Part shown: positions 26,001 to 37,105 of the stretch, in pieces
Numbering within the stretch: the stretch's first letter is position 1
Layout of the letters: each line of letters starts with the position of its first letter
Made by a program: the position numbers and the translations under genes
Notes under the pieces: generated by a model
The model's input: the letters and a program-made list of their open reading frames with translations, nothing else
Database searches by the model: none
What the model was told of the DNA's origin: nothing
From: Eledone cirrhosa
Taxonomy: Eukaryota
NCBI GenBank assembly: GCA_964016885.1
Contig: OZ024742.1
Location: 124,124,001 to 124,188,000, forward strand
Reading direction: 5' to 3'
DNA length: 64,000 bases

Positions 26001-28648
26001 GGTTGCGTTGTCAGAGCTAGGGTGCGTGCTCTCAGACACGAGGGGACGAAAGCCGTTCAGTGGGCCCGAGTGGCGGAGGCGCGTCGTGGGAACAAAGTCA
26101 CGATCCGGTCTTTGGTGGACCACGACGGGCGCATGCTACTCGATCCCGGGCAAATGTGTGAAGCTTTTCAGCGACACTTCGCTCAGCGGTTCGGGAACAG
26201 TGGCGAGCCGGCTCGAGGGATAGACTTTAGTGTCTACCTCGAAGGACTGCCGGGGCTCTCCGCCACTGAAGCGGAGTGTTGCGAAAAGCCGATAACAGCA
26301 TCTGAAGTACGGGAGGCAATGACTGGCTGCACAAGGGGTAAATCGCCTGGTTTGGATTGTCTGCCCTATGAACTTTACGTACAGATGCTAGATTTGTTCG
26401 GAGGCTTCTTGGCGGGCGTCTACAGCAACTGGCAACAGAAAGGGAGAATTCCCAGCTCTGTGAGCCGAGGAGATGTGGTGCTGCTGAAAAAGGATCCGAA
26501 CAAGGGGGATAACATAGATAATTTCAAGCCCATAACTCTGCTAATCACAGAGTGCAAAATTTTGGCCAAGGTGCTTGCAAAGTGGTTCGCGCTTGTCGTT
26601 GGTGGTCTGGTAGGAGAAGCTCAGACATGCGCCATTCCCGACAAATCCATCCACGACAACCTCCACCTCATGCTTTACATCGTGGAACGGGTAGCTAGGG
26701 AACCTGGCACGTGTGGGTCCTTGATCAATTTAGATCAGTCAAAAGCTTTCGATAGGGTCGACCATCGTTATCTGGCGGCAGTCCTGAGGGCTGCTGGCTT
26801 TGGGCACGTCTTAAGGAGGCTGGATCGCTGTGATGCACAGCGACATCTGCTCTGTGGTGAGAGTGAACGGTCTCCTTTCGGAACCATTCAACATCATGCG
26901 CTCGTTCCGCCAAGGATGTCCCCTCTCGTCCCTCTTGTACGTATTGACTCTCGAGCTAAAACTGCACAAACTGGAGACGTTGAGGGGGGTCCCGCGCGAA
27001 CTAGGATGCGGAAAATCTATGTCAGCAAATGCGGACGATGTCACAGTAGTGGTGTCGAACGCCAAACATATCGAGGCGATCGGCACTACACTAAGAGAAT
27101 ACGAAGCGGTGACAGGAGCAATGATCAACCAGGAAAAGTCGGTGGGCCTTCAGCTCGGCACCTGGAGAGGCAGGTCCATGCCGTCCAAAGGCTTCGTCGG
27201 GAGCTCGAAGGACGGACCGGTTAAATTGCCAGGGGTCTGGTTCGTTCCGGAGCTCCAAACGAACAAAAACTGGGACGAGGTGACGAGCTGGATGGCTTCT
27301 ATCACCCAGAAATGGGCGGAGAGGAAGCTATCCATGAAAGGTCGAGCAGAGGTGGCTAACGCGTACATCGCGTCCGTCATCTACTACCGCCTGACCGTCG
27401 TGCCTTGTCCTAAGCCTCGCCTGACTGCGCTGGAGCATTTGCTCTTTCGCTTTATGTGGAAGGGACGCGCTCCGATTGTAAGGCGGTCCATCTGCTGTCA
27501 ACACCCGCTACGTCGAAGGCTGGGCATGTCTTGGCTGATGATGCGCAGACACGCGCTCAGGCTACGACATCTCCACCTCTTCCTCGACGGTGATCCGGTG
27601 TGGTCGCCGTTTGTTAGACGCGTCTTTCCCCAGCTCATCTCCTTGACAGATCTGCAGTCCTGGGCCGAGCGAAGACCGAGAGGGAGCGCTTGGAGACTGG
27701 AATGTCTTCAGGCGCTCACAGACCTCGACCAATCTGGCAATGTGATCGGTAGAAACTCTACCTTGGCGTTCTATAGAGGATTAGTGGAGGGGAAGAGCAT
27801 CAACGTACTTGGGGAAACTCTAGGCGTCGACGAAAATCAACTGGCCAATCTCTTTGGAAGAACTTTTAGGCCGGGGCCTATGGACAGCTTCCAGAAATCC
27901 CTGGCCTGGCAGTGCTCAACAGGAGCTTTGCCAGTTCGGGATAAACTCTACAGGCACGGAGGTGCCGTCAGCCGGGCATGTCCGAGATGCGCGGAGGGCG
28001 ACGAAACCGTCCCGCCTGCACTCGTCGAGTGTCCGAGCATTGCTGACTTGTTTGTTTATGTCGAACACCTTCTGTCGCGTGTAGAACGGATCCGACTATC
28101 AGCTGAGTCCATCGCGAGGATTGCCCTGCCCTCTTCCTTTAGTCGGGAAGGGCAGGCAGGTTTTATCTCTCTGGTGGCCATGGCGAAATAGATAGTATGG
28201 TGGACGTGTGTGAAAGGGCTGAAGACGAGCACATACCACTTCGGTGATGCCCTGATTAACTTTTTCCAATTTCATTTGAAAAGGAATATCAGGGTAGAGA
28301 GGGAGGTGCTCTCTTCCCAGCTTTTTCTTGAAAGATGGGTGAGAGGCAAGAGTGCCCCGAGTGAATGGACCTACTCTGAGTATATGCCTGTAAATCGAAG
28401 GTGGAAAACTGGGAGAGAACAATTGCCATCGTGGTCAGGGTTACCGTGGGTTTCTCCACGAAGGCCCTCGGAAATCTCCCCCTATTTGGGAATTTTTCAA
28501 TGTTCTTTTATTACATCCTCTGTTTTTTTGTTTTTTTACACGCAGAAATGCCCATTTGTACCATCCTGTATTGTCCTGTACTGTCATTAATGTCTACTTT
28601 GTGTAAACCCTTGTGGTTAATAAAGAAAGCATTATTATTATTACTATT
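23028..28648 (+). mobile_element. Near full-length but disrupted L1/Tx1-like LINE
   Basis: ORF1 remnants with zinc-knuckle-like CYGCGEKAH (~24050); ORF2 from 24975 with APE start LRIGSINVRGL, AVYAP, LVGDWN, then RT (KSPGLD, DQSKAFDRVDH, QGCPLS, ADD) and CPRC; frameshifts and stops; aataaa plus (ATT)n tail. Confidence 0.92.
25965..28191 (+). pseudogene. Tx1-like ORF2 reverse transcriptase region, frameshifted near 26820
   Basis: ORFs 25965-27224 and 26830-28191 carry consecutive RT motifs in different frames. Confidence 0.88.
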
Positions 28649-28692
28649 AGGGCGTGGATTGGGAGTATCGGTAGCGGGTCGGATGCCATGCT

Positions 28693-31410
28693 GACAATCG
28701 GGACCACTCTGACTTCATGGCAGTTCCAAATCCTTTTTACCTCCCACTTTAAATACTGGTATCGGTTAATTTTCACCCTCTCCTTCTCTTGCACTCTCGT
28801 GTCGAATGGGCAGGCCACATTCACAATCAGGCACGATCTTTTTTCCTTGTCCCAAACCACCTGGTCAGGTCTATCGTGTTCCAGTTTCGTGTCCGTCTGT
28901 ATCCTAAAATCCCACAGCACCTCCACCTGATCGTTTGCTATCACCGACTCTGGCTTATGCTCATACCACTTCTCAGAATGTGGTAAAATGTTTACTATGC
29001 ACATGTGCCAGTGGATCACCCTTCCCATCACATCATGTCTCCAGCCTTTGTTTACACTCGGATACAATGTGAGCCACAATCTCCTCTCTCACTCCACAGA
29101 TCCTTCACACTGGGCTAGCCTCCTCCTTGTAAATATGGTGTTTCAGCAATCTTGTTTTGAGTGCCTGCTCTTGCGCAGCCATTAGCATTCCTTCTGTAGC
29201 CTTTTTAAGGTCTCCTCTTTTCAACTAGTTCCATGTCTGTGGATCTCTAAATTCAGTTGTCTCAAAGAAAGTACTATGAAGGGATTTTTCATGAAGGTTG
29301 CTCTTTCTCCTTGTTGTTATTTCCTCCTTGGACATCCCATGATATATTGTCCTCTCCTTCAGTACAATTCTGAGCATTGGCTCCCTACTATCAGTCACGT
29401 ATTTGATAGGTAGTTTTTCTCCATCTGAACAAATTCTTCAATGCTTATCTCCTTAAGTAGAGTCTATCAACATCACTTATCTTGTGGAACATGTTGTAGA
29501 TTGTCAATAGCTTCCTAGTCTTCCTATCCATTTCTTTTCGATCAGCAACCATCCATTTCAGAATTCCCGCACTGTACCCAATAATAGACACAGCTCGGGA
29601 AATTACTGCACTTATGGCATTCTTACTGTTCAGATGTGACTTTAATACGCTCCTTATTCTCCGAATGTATTCAGATCTTATCAATTCCTTCATTTTTTTG
29701 TTCTTGATGTCATCAGCCTCCAGAACACCTAAATACTTGTATACTTCTTCAGTATCAATTGCATTTACCATCTCACCTGTTGGTACCTGGATTCCGTTGC
29801 TTCTGCTCAATTTACCCCTCTTCATCACAAGGACTCCACACTTACTAATACCAAATTGCATACATATATCATTGCTGAAAATACGGACAGTGTCAACACG
29901 CACATCCAACTCCTTCTTGCTCTTCCCGAAGAGCTTAAGATCGTCCATGAAGAGGAGGTGATTGATAGTAAGCTCTCCCTTTCCCAGCTTGTATCCTGCT
30001 CTCGCTTCTCCAGAAAGTCTTAGTTTGTTCCGCCTCTTTCTTTCCCTTCAAGCTGTCCAAACAACATCTGCTGTCTATACCGACTGACTCTGCTCTCGTA
30101 TCGCCTAATCTTTCCGCTCTTTGCTACAATGCGTTTCTTCAGTTCCACTATGATACTATTTGGCTTTTACCTCCTAGTTTTGTACTTTATTTCCAGTCTA
30201 TTTTTAGTGTCTATGTTTTGTAGTGTCCCATTCCGTAGGGACTCAAGCTTTCCAATGTCATTTCGAATTTCCCTGATTTGACCATACAGTCCTTTCTTCC
30301 ACCAAGGTTCTGATCTTTCTTGTTTTAGTTTCCTCTCGCTTTTATGCCAAGTAATTTCCTCAACGCATTTGCTGTTGCTTTGAGGATATTGTTGCACTGG
30401 TGAAGGTTTTTCGCCTCAAGGTATGGGATGACTTTGTTTACCTTAGCTGTTGTTCCTTTTAACTTTTTCCTGTCTACAAAACTTAGGTTCATAGGTTTCC
30501 CACTATCATTGTTCATTTCATCTACCACTAAGTTTTGGATATCAACCAAATCTTGTCCTAGCCCGTCAGCATTCATTTCCTCAATGGCCGTATCTTTGTT
30601 CCAGGTATTATTTATTTCAGCATGGCCGTGGATTGGCAGTATCGGTAGAGGGTCGGACGCCATGCTTTCCAGCATAGTTACGTCCCTTTACGATCTGAGT
30701 TCAAATGCCGCCGAGGTTGACTTTGCCTTTCATCCTTACGGGGTCGATAAAATAAAGTACCAGTAATGAACTGGTGACTGCTGGCCTTGTGCCTAAAGTA
30801 GAAACAATTATTTATTTCAGCATTCAGATCATTGTGTGTTTCGGATGCTTCCTCCGTTCTCTCAACCTCTTCACCTTCATCTTTCACTGGCTCGTTTGCC
30901 TGGCATACTCCACTATCCATTTCCAACCTAATCTCTCTGCTCAGTTCCTCCAGTTCCAACTCGCTTATCCACCCATTAGTTCTTACTACCCGAGCCTGTC
31001 CGGCCAATTTTTGTTCATCTAATTTAAATAGATCAATCTCGTTCCAGATGCTATGCATCCGTTTCCTATAGCTTTTTTCCTTGGGGTTACTCTTCAGGTA
31101 ACATTGCATAACATTCAATTCTTTCGTCCAGTTGGTTCTGGTCCATTTCCATCTTCTTCCTCCAACATCAGCAGTATTTGGATGACAGCCAGGTCCCTAC
31201 TGCTGGGCCAGGGAGCACCTGCTGGGTGAGAGTCTGTCACATGACATTCCAGTCTCCACTTCACCGTTATTCGAACTGTTTATGTTCGACATGTAAACAC
31301 TCATATCCAGGATTGGTGAATGCATGGTTACATAACCACCGGTGATTTCATCACCCCAGTGATTTGATCACCCCCGGTGATTTTAGCATGGCACTATCAC
31401 GCTTTAGACG
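28693..31410 (-). mobile_element. R4/Dong-like LINE retaining its 5' region, with internal deletions and a nested SINE
   Basis: N-terminal CYLKSNPKEKSYRKRMHSIW, INHLLFMDDLKLFGK, YKYLGVLE, WDFRIQTD..HDRPD RLE; front half of RT missing at ~30005; a SINE head (28650-28692) abuts the truncated 3' end. Confidence 0.88.
30624..30806 (+). mobile_element. tRNA-derived SINE (family A) with a 17-bp target-site duplication
   Basis: attatttatttcagcat at 30607-30623 and 30807-30823. Confidence 0.93.
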
Positions 31411-31684
31411 AACATAAATAAATAAACAAAGAAATAGGTAAAAACAAACAAAAAAAATAAGCATAAATTTCATTGTAATGTAATGTTTGAATGTCTGACT
31501 TAGTTTTTTTTTTGTTTGTTTGTTTGTTTATCTTTTCTTTTTTCTTTTATTTACGTTTTTCGTTGCTGGTGTGCTGTTTTAATTTTGATTTTTGATTTTT
31601 TGATTTTTTTTCATCACATCAGTCTATTTATATCTTTTGATACCTTCCTCACTTAGTGGGAATACTACGATCCTTCTGTCTTAA

Positions 31685-31822
31685 CAGGAGGTAGTGGAAG
31701 AGAATAGCGAGGGTAGCGATGAGGCAGTGGTGGTGATGTGATAGTAGTACTTAGCAGGATGTAGTGGGAGAGAATAGCGGCAGTAGCGATAATGAGGTGG
31801 TGGTGATGTGATCGTAGTACTG
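31685..31822. repeat. Two-copy ~71-bp tandem repeat
   Basis: cagga.gtagtgg.agagaatagcg...gtggtggtgatgtgat.gtagtact at 31685 and 31756. Confidence 0.75.
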
Positions 31823-32189
31823 TAGTGATGGTGTTGAAGTTGAAGTAGAAATAGAATAGAATGGCTTGGCTAGATTTTTTTGCTTGGTAGTGATGATGGT
31901 GGCGGTGGTGGTGTTGGCGGTGATTTATTTGCCTGTCTGACCACGTAGAGATTTTCCTCTTTTTTGACTATAACATTTCTGATCCAAAATTAAATATTAA
32001 ATATTGGGGCCCTATGTCATAATGTGATGCGTTGTCGCTTGATGAGAGTCAAATCTATAAACTGTAATCTTTCATTTGTAATAAGAATTATTCTATCACA
32101 GTTGTTTTAAATATGTAAAAATCAAAAACTTTTGGAAGCGATTCCATAACACTATAATCCACCACTATTATTATTATTATTATTATTAT

Positions 32190-33787
32190 AGTTGCATGTA
32201 TCTTGCTTTATGTTCATACGATTTATCGCCAAGTCTCAATCAGTGACCTCAAGAGACAACAAGGTCCGCCATGTTCAAGAAAGAACATACATACACACAC
32301 ACATGCATCTTTAGGTGTTTAGACTTGTGATGTACTTATATTCACAGCATCTTCCTTAGTATATGGGCAGTTCCCATTAGTACAATCTTTTGTATTTCTC
32401 CTATACGCGGGTTTCCTGGGATTTGCGATAAGTAATCATTAGACCCCTTAGGTATCATTCCTAGAGCGCCCACAACCACTGGTATTGTTTTAGTTCTCAA
32501 TTTCCACATTTTTCCAATTTCTATCTCCAGGTCCGTATACTTGCTCAATTTTTCAAATGCTTTTATAGATACATTCTTGTCTATTGGAACGGACATATCA
32601 ATTAGCAGGCATACCCTCTTTTTAAAGTCCTTCAGTATTATATCAAGTCTACTTGCATCTATTTTTCGGTATGTTTGGATGCTAAAGTTCCACAATATTG
32701 AGATGTGATCTTTTTCAAGTATGAGAGGTGTTTGATTCTCCCACCAATTCTTTTGATGTGGCAGGTCAAAATGCTTACACATTATCCATTGTGCAGCTCT
32801 GTCATGCCTGTTTAGGTATACGGTTGGAGCTATAGGACTGCACATTGAAATTATATGACCAATGGTCTATGGTTGTTTTTTACACACACGGCATAATGGG
32901 TTGCACCCATTTTTTATAATGTTGGCTAGGTCATTTTTTGTTGGCAGACACTGATTTTGTGCTGATATAATCAGTCCTTCAGTCTCCGATTTCAGTCCAG
33001 AGGATGCCAACCACTGATGGGCTAAGTGTTGTCAACATCAGGATTGTTAGCTCGCTCTGGGTATTTTCTATACAGAGGCTTTTCTTGCCATTTCTTAGCC
33101 AGTTTCTGTAGCAGTTCTTTATTTGCAGTTACTTTTACCTGCTTTGCTTTTTCTGTGTTTTCCATTTCAGCAGTAAATGGGACTTCTGAAATTTGTAGTC
33201 CATTACTGTATCTTTGTGCATCTTTTGTAATGGAGTATGATCATTTGATGCTTTCGTGTTTCAAAACGAGTTTGATCATCCAATCATGTGATTCCCTTAG
33301 ATATGTAGATAATCCAATTGTTGGAGTTTTGAACGCAATATCTAACTGGATTAACCTACGTCCTCCTTCTTTACTAGGGAGATATATACTATCTGTATCT
33401 GCCTTAGGGTGATGCATTCTATGCATGGTTAAGAATTTTCTAATTTGTGTATCGAGCCTACGGATCTCTGTGCTTAACCAGTTGATGACATTGTAACTTT
33501 AGGTTACTACTGGTATGGCAGGCGTGTTTATGGCATCAATCCTATTCCTTGCATTCAATACCGTTCTTAAGATTGCTCTTACTCTGCGGTAACATTCCTT
33601 CCTTATCCTTTCCCTCATTATCGAGTGCTTGATTCCGTCTCCTTCACAAACACCTAGATATTTGTAAGTTTCCTCTTGATCAAGTTCTTTTATCACATTC
33701 CCCCGATCAAGATTAATATCTGAACTTTTCAGGAACTTTCCTCTGGTGAACGTTGTTTTGACGCATTTATCTAGTCCACACTCCATT
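32190..33787 (-). mobile_element. 5'-truncated R4/Dong-like LINE, second subfamily
   Basis: YKYLGVCEGDGI, HHPKADTDSIYLP, RHDRAA, WNFSIQT..RLDI, LIDMSVP, KLSKYTDL; (ATT)n tracts on both sides. Confidence 0.88.
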
Positions 33788-33790
33788 TTA

Positions 33791-33838
<48 letters not shown>

Positions 33839-33839
33839 A

Positions 33840-34026
33840 GGGCGGTGAATTGGCGGTATCGGTAGAGGGTTAAACGCCATGCTTTCTAGCATAGTTACGT
33901 CCCTTTACAGTCTGAGTTCAAATCCCGCCGAGGTTAACTTTGCCTTTCATCCTTACGAGGTCGATAAAATAAAGTACCAGTAATGTACTGGGGATTTGCT
34001 GGCCTTGTGCCTAAAGTAGAAACAAT
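33840..34026 (+). mobile_element. tRNA-derived SINE (family A) between (ATT)n tracts
   Basis: Same A/B boxes and core as 30624-30806. Confidence 0.9.
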
Positions 34027-34044
34027 TATTATTATTATTATTAT

Positions 34045-35098
34045 TCTTTGAGTCTCAGTCATTGATGTTAGTCAACTGGAAAGTTTGTACCTGCAGCCTC
34101 AGAAATTCAGGACGTATAGGAGAGTTCTTGCTGTTCCCAGCAAGCATGCCTTTTGAAGTGTTCCAAAAAGCGGGGCGGGGCCAATTTTCTTTAACCATCC
34201 ATGGAGACCTTTTGAGATAGTACCTAGTGCGCATATGACAATCGGGACCACTTTGATTTCATAGCACTTCAAAATCCTTTTTACCTCCCACTTTAAGTCC
34301 TGGTATCGGTTAATTTTCTCCCTCTCCTTCTCTTGCACTCTCGTCTCGAATGGGCAGGCCACATCCACAATCAGGCACAATCCTTTTTCCTTGTCTAAAA
34401 CCACCAGGTCAGGTCTATTGTGTTCCAGTTTGTTGTCCGTCTGTATCCTGAAATCACATAGCACCTTCACCTTATCGTTTTCTATCACCGACTCTGGCTT
34501 ATGCTCATACCACTTCTCAGAATGTGGTAAATTGTTTACTTTGCATAGGTGACAGTGGGTCACCCTGCCCATCACATCATGTCACCAGCCTTTATAGTGA
34601 GTCTGGGCTAGGTGTTTACACTCGGATACAATGTGAGCCACAGTATCCTCTCTCTCTCCACAGATCCTGCACAGTGGGCTAGCCTCCTCCTTGTGAATAT
34701 GGTGTTTCAGCCACTTCGTCTTGAGGGCCTACTCTTGCGCAGCCATTAGCATTCCTTCTGTAGCCTTTTTTAGGTCTCCTCTTTTCAACCAGTTGCATGT
34801 CTGTGGATTTCTGAATTCCGTTTTCTCAAAGAAGGTAATATGAAGGGATTTTTCATGAAGGTTGCTCTTTCTCCTCGTTGTTATTTCCTCCTTGGACATC
34901 CCCTGGTCTATTGTCCTCTCCTTCAGTACAATTCTGAGCATTGGCTCGTTACTATCGGTCACGTATTTTTGTAGGTTGTTTTTCTCCATCTGAACGCAGT
35001 CCTCTATGCTGATAAGACCTCTTCCACCTTCAAATCTCCTTAAGTGGAGTCTATCGACATCACTCCTCTTGTGGAACATGTTGTAGATAGTCAATAGC

Positions 35099-35100
<2 letters not shown>
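34045..35100 (-). mobile_element. 5'-truncated R4/Dong-like LINE (same subfamily as 646-965 and 28693-31410)
   Basis: DVDRLHLRRFEGGRGL, LMAAQE, HNRPD, IVDVACP, KINRYQDL; flanked by (ATT)n. Confidence 0.9.
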
Positions 35101-35132
<32 letters not shown>

Positions 35133-35294
35133 TTATATATATATAAGAAATAGGATTTCGCTTCAAGCATAGCTTTATACAATATGTATAGAAATTTCGT
35201 ATTTCGAAAGAAATACGATTTTTGGAAGCCGTAGCTATGCGGACACCGGGGGGATAACGCCCCCTGTTGTTGTCCAGCAGAAGTAAGGGAGAAA

Positions 35295-35338
35295 ACCGTC
35301 TATGCATTTCAGGCTTGACTGGCCATCGTCAGGATGAT
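35295..35338 (-). ncRNA. Type I hammerhead ribozyme motif (inverted arm)
   Basis: Minus strand atcatc-CTGACGA-tggccagtcaagcct-GAAA-tgc-ATA-gacggt. Confidence 0.78.
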
Positions 35339-35501
35339 CCTTCCCACTGCTCTGTGACTGATGGATTTGAAAACAGCTGAGAATATATATTTTTCTCGTC
35401 TGTGTAAATGAGGTGATTAATCTCAGCAGTTTCATGTGCAAAGAAATTATTCACCTCATTTACACAGACGAAGAAACTATATATTCTCGGCTGTTTTCAG
35501 G

Positions 35502-35595
35502 TCCAGCAGCAGCAGAGCAGTGGGGGGGTATCATCCTGACGATGGCCAGTCAAGCCTGAAATGCATAGATGGTTGCCCCCCTTGCTTCTGCTGGA
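35502..35595 (+). ncRNA. Type I hammerhead ribozyme motif
   Basis: atcatc-CTGACGA-t ggc cagtcaa gcc t-GAAA-tgc-ATA-gatggt; ATGCAT palindromic stem III; stem I extended by a G-run/C-run and tccagcag/ctgctgga. Confidence 0.85.
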
Positions 35596-35708
35596 CGACA
35601 CCAGAGGGCGTAGCTATGCGAACATCAGGGGGGCTAACGCCCTCTGGTTTTCGCATAGCTACGACTTCCTAAAATCGTATTTCATTCGAAATATGAAATT
35701 TTTATACA

Positions 35709-35745
<37 letters not shown>

Positions 35746-35768
35746 GTATAAAAATCAATACAATATAA

Positions 35769-35844
35769 TTACCTCATTACCAGAGGTTTCCCGAATGAAG
35801 CGAATACGAAAGAAACGTCTTCATTCGTTCGTCAGACGAGGCAA
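35769..35844 (-). ncRNA. Type I hammerhead ribozyme in the downstream pLTR
   Basis: ttgcctcgt-CTGACGA-a cgaatgaag..cttcattcg g-GAAA-cc tct g-GTA-atgaggtaa; 9-bp stem I, 9-bp stem II, 3-bp stem III. Confidence 0.88.
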
Positions 35845-36601
35845 TATAAAACATGGGTAAATACTTGGAATGTCTCGTCAAGAAAATCAAAAAAAATATA
35901 GACAAATGAATTAGAAATTGAAATATATAATAATCTATCAAGAAATATAGTTAGGTGTGTGTATATATATATGTATATACGCTCACAGATGTGCATATAT
36001 GTGTATACACACATGTATACGTATAGTGAAAAAGTGTGCGTAAATATAAAATTTAGGGCAAATGTATCTGTATGTCTGTAATCTACAGACAGAATTGATA
36101 CATCATAAGAAATTGAATATGAAGGCGCGCGCATAAACACACCTACACACACGTACACTTAGATGCAGAAGTAAAAGCGGTAAGGGAGTGTAATAATTAA
36201 AGGAAAGTATCAATCTCGATATATTTATAAAAATGGAACAATAAAATAGAAAGAAAAAAGTTTTTAGAAAGAAAAAATTAAAGAAAAGAAGACAAAAAGG
36301 GGTACATACATACACACACACGCATATCTCACAAAAGAAACGCAAAAATATACATGCTTATATACACACGCACACTTACACATCCATACGTTCGATACGT
36401 ACATACACACACACACAACACACATACTTACACTCACGCATATTGACCTGTTTGCATGCACACGCATAAAAATGAGTAAGTAGAAAAAAGGGGGGCGGGG
36501 AAGAAAAAAGGAACAAAACATAAAACCTAGATGTCAAAACACGGATATAAAGACACATACACATACGCATAATATATACATACACGCACACACATACATA
36601 C

Positions 36602-36636
<35 letters not shown>

Positions 36637-37105
36637 CATACACGCACGCGCGCGCACATACGTAGTCGCTCATGCACATATATAGAAAGTATACACATAT
36701 TAAGGCGTTCAGCCATATTGATACAGGGTGTAAAAACTTGTGGATATGTAAGTAAAAATATAAAATTGTAAGATTGGCTGCGCAAAAATAAAAAAATAAA
36801 AATATAAAAATAAAAATGAAAAATATATCTGGTTGGAAAACACAAGTGACATGTTTAATCAGTTAGTGAAGGAAAAAGGGAAGTAAAAAGGGGAAGTAAA
36901 CAATGGAAAGTGAATCGGAGAATAAAGGGGGGGGGGTTATTGGTGGATGTGAAGTAAAAATAAAAATAAAAATAAAAATAAAAATAAAAATAAAAATAAA
37001 AATAAAAATAAAAATAAAAATAAAAATAAAAATAAATGAAATTAATGACAAAGATAAAAATGAAAGTAAGTCAGAAAGGGTAATTTAAAAGAGAATAATA
37101 AGAGT

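Larger units (their letters stand above)
35183..35710. repeat. Fold-back element with ~240-260-bp diverged arms, each carrying a hammerhead
   Basis: 35183-35421 is the reverse complement of 35446-35710; TA runs on the flanks. Confidence 0.9.

Noticed and set aside
30624-30720. tRNA gene
   Set aside because: A/B boxes belong to a repeated SINE head with TSDs; no full cloverleaf
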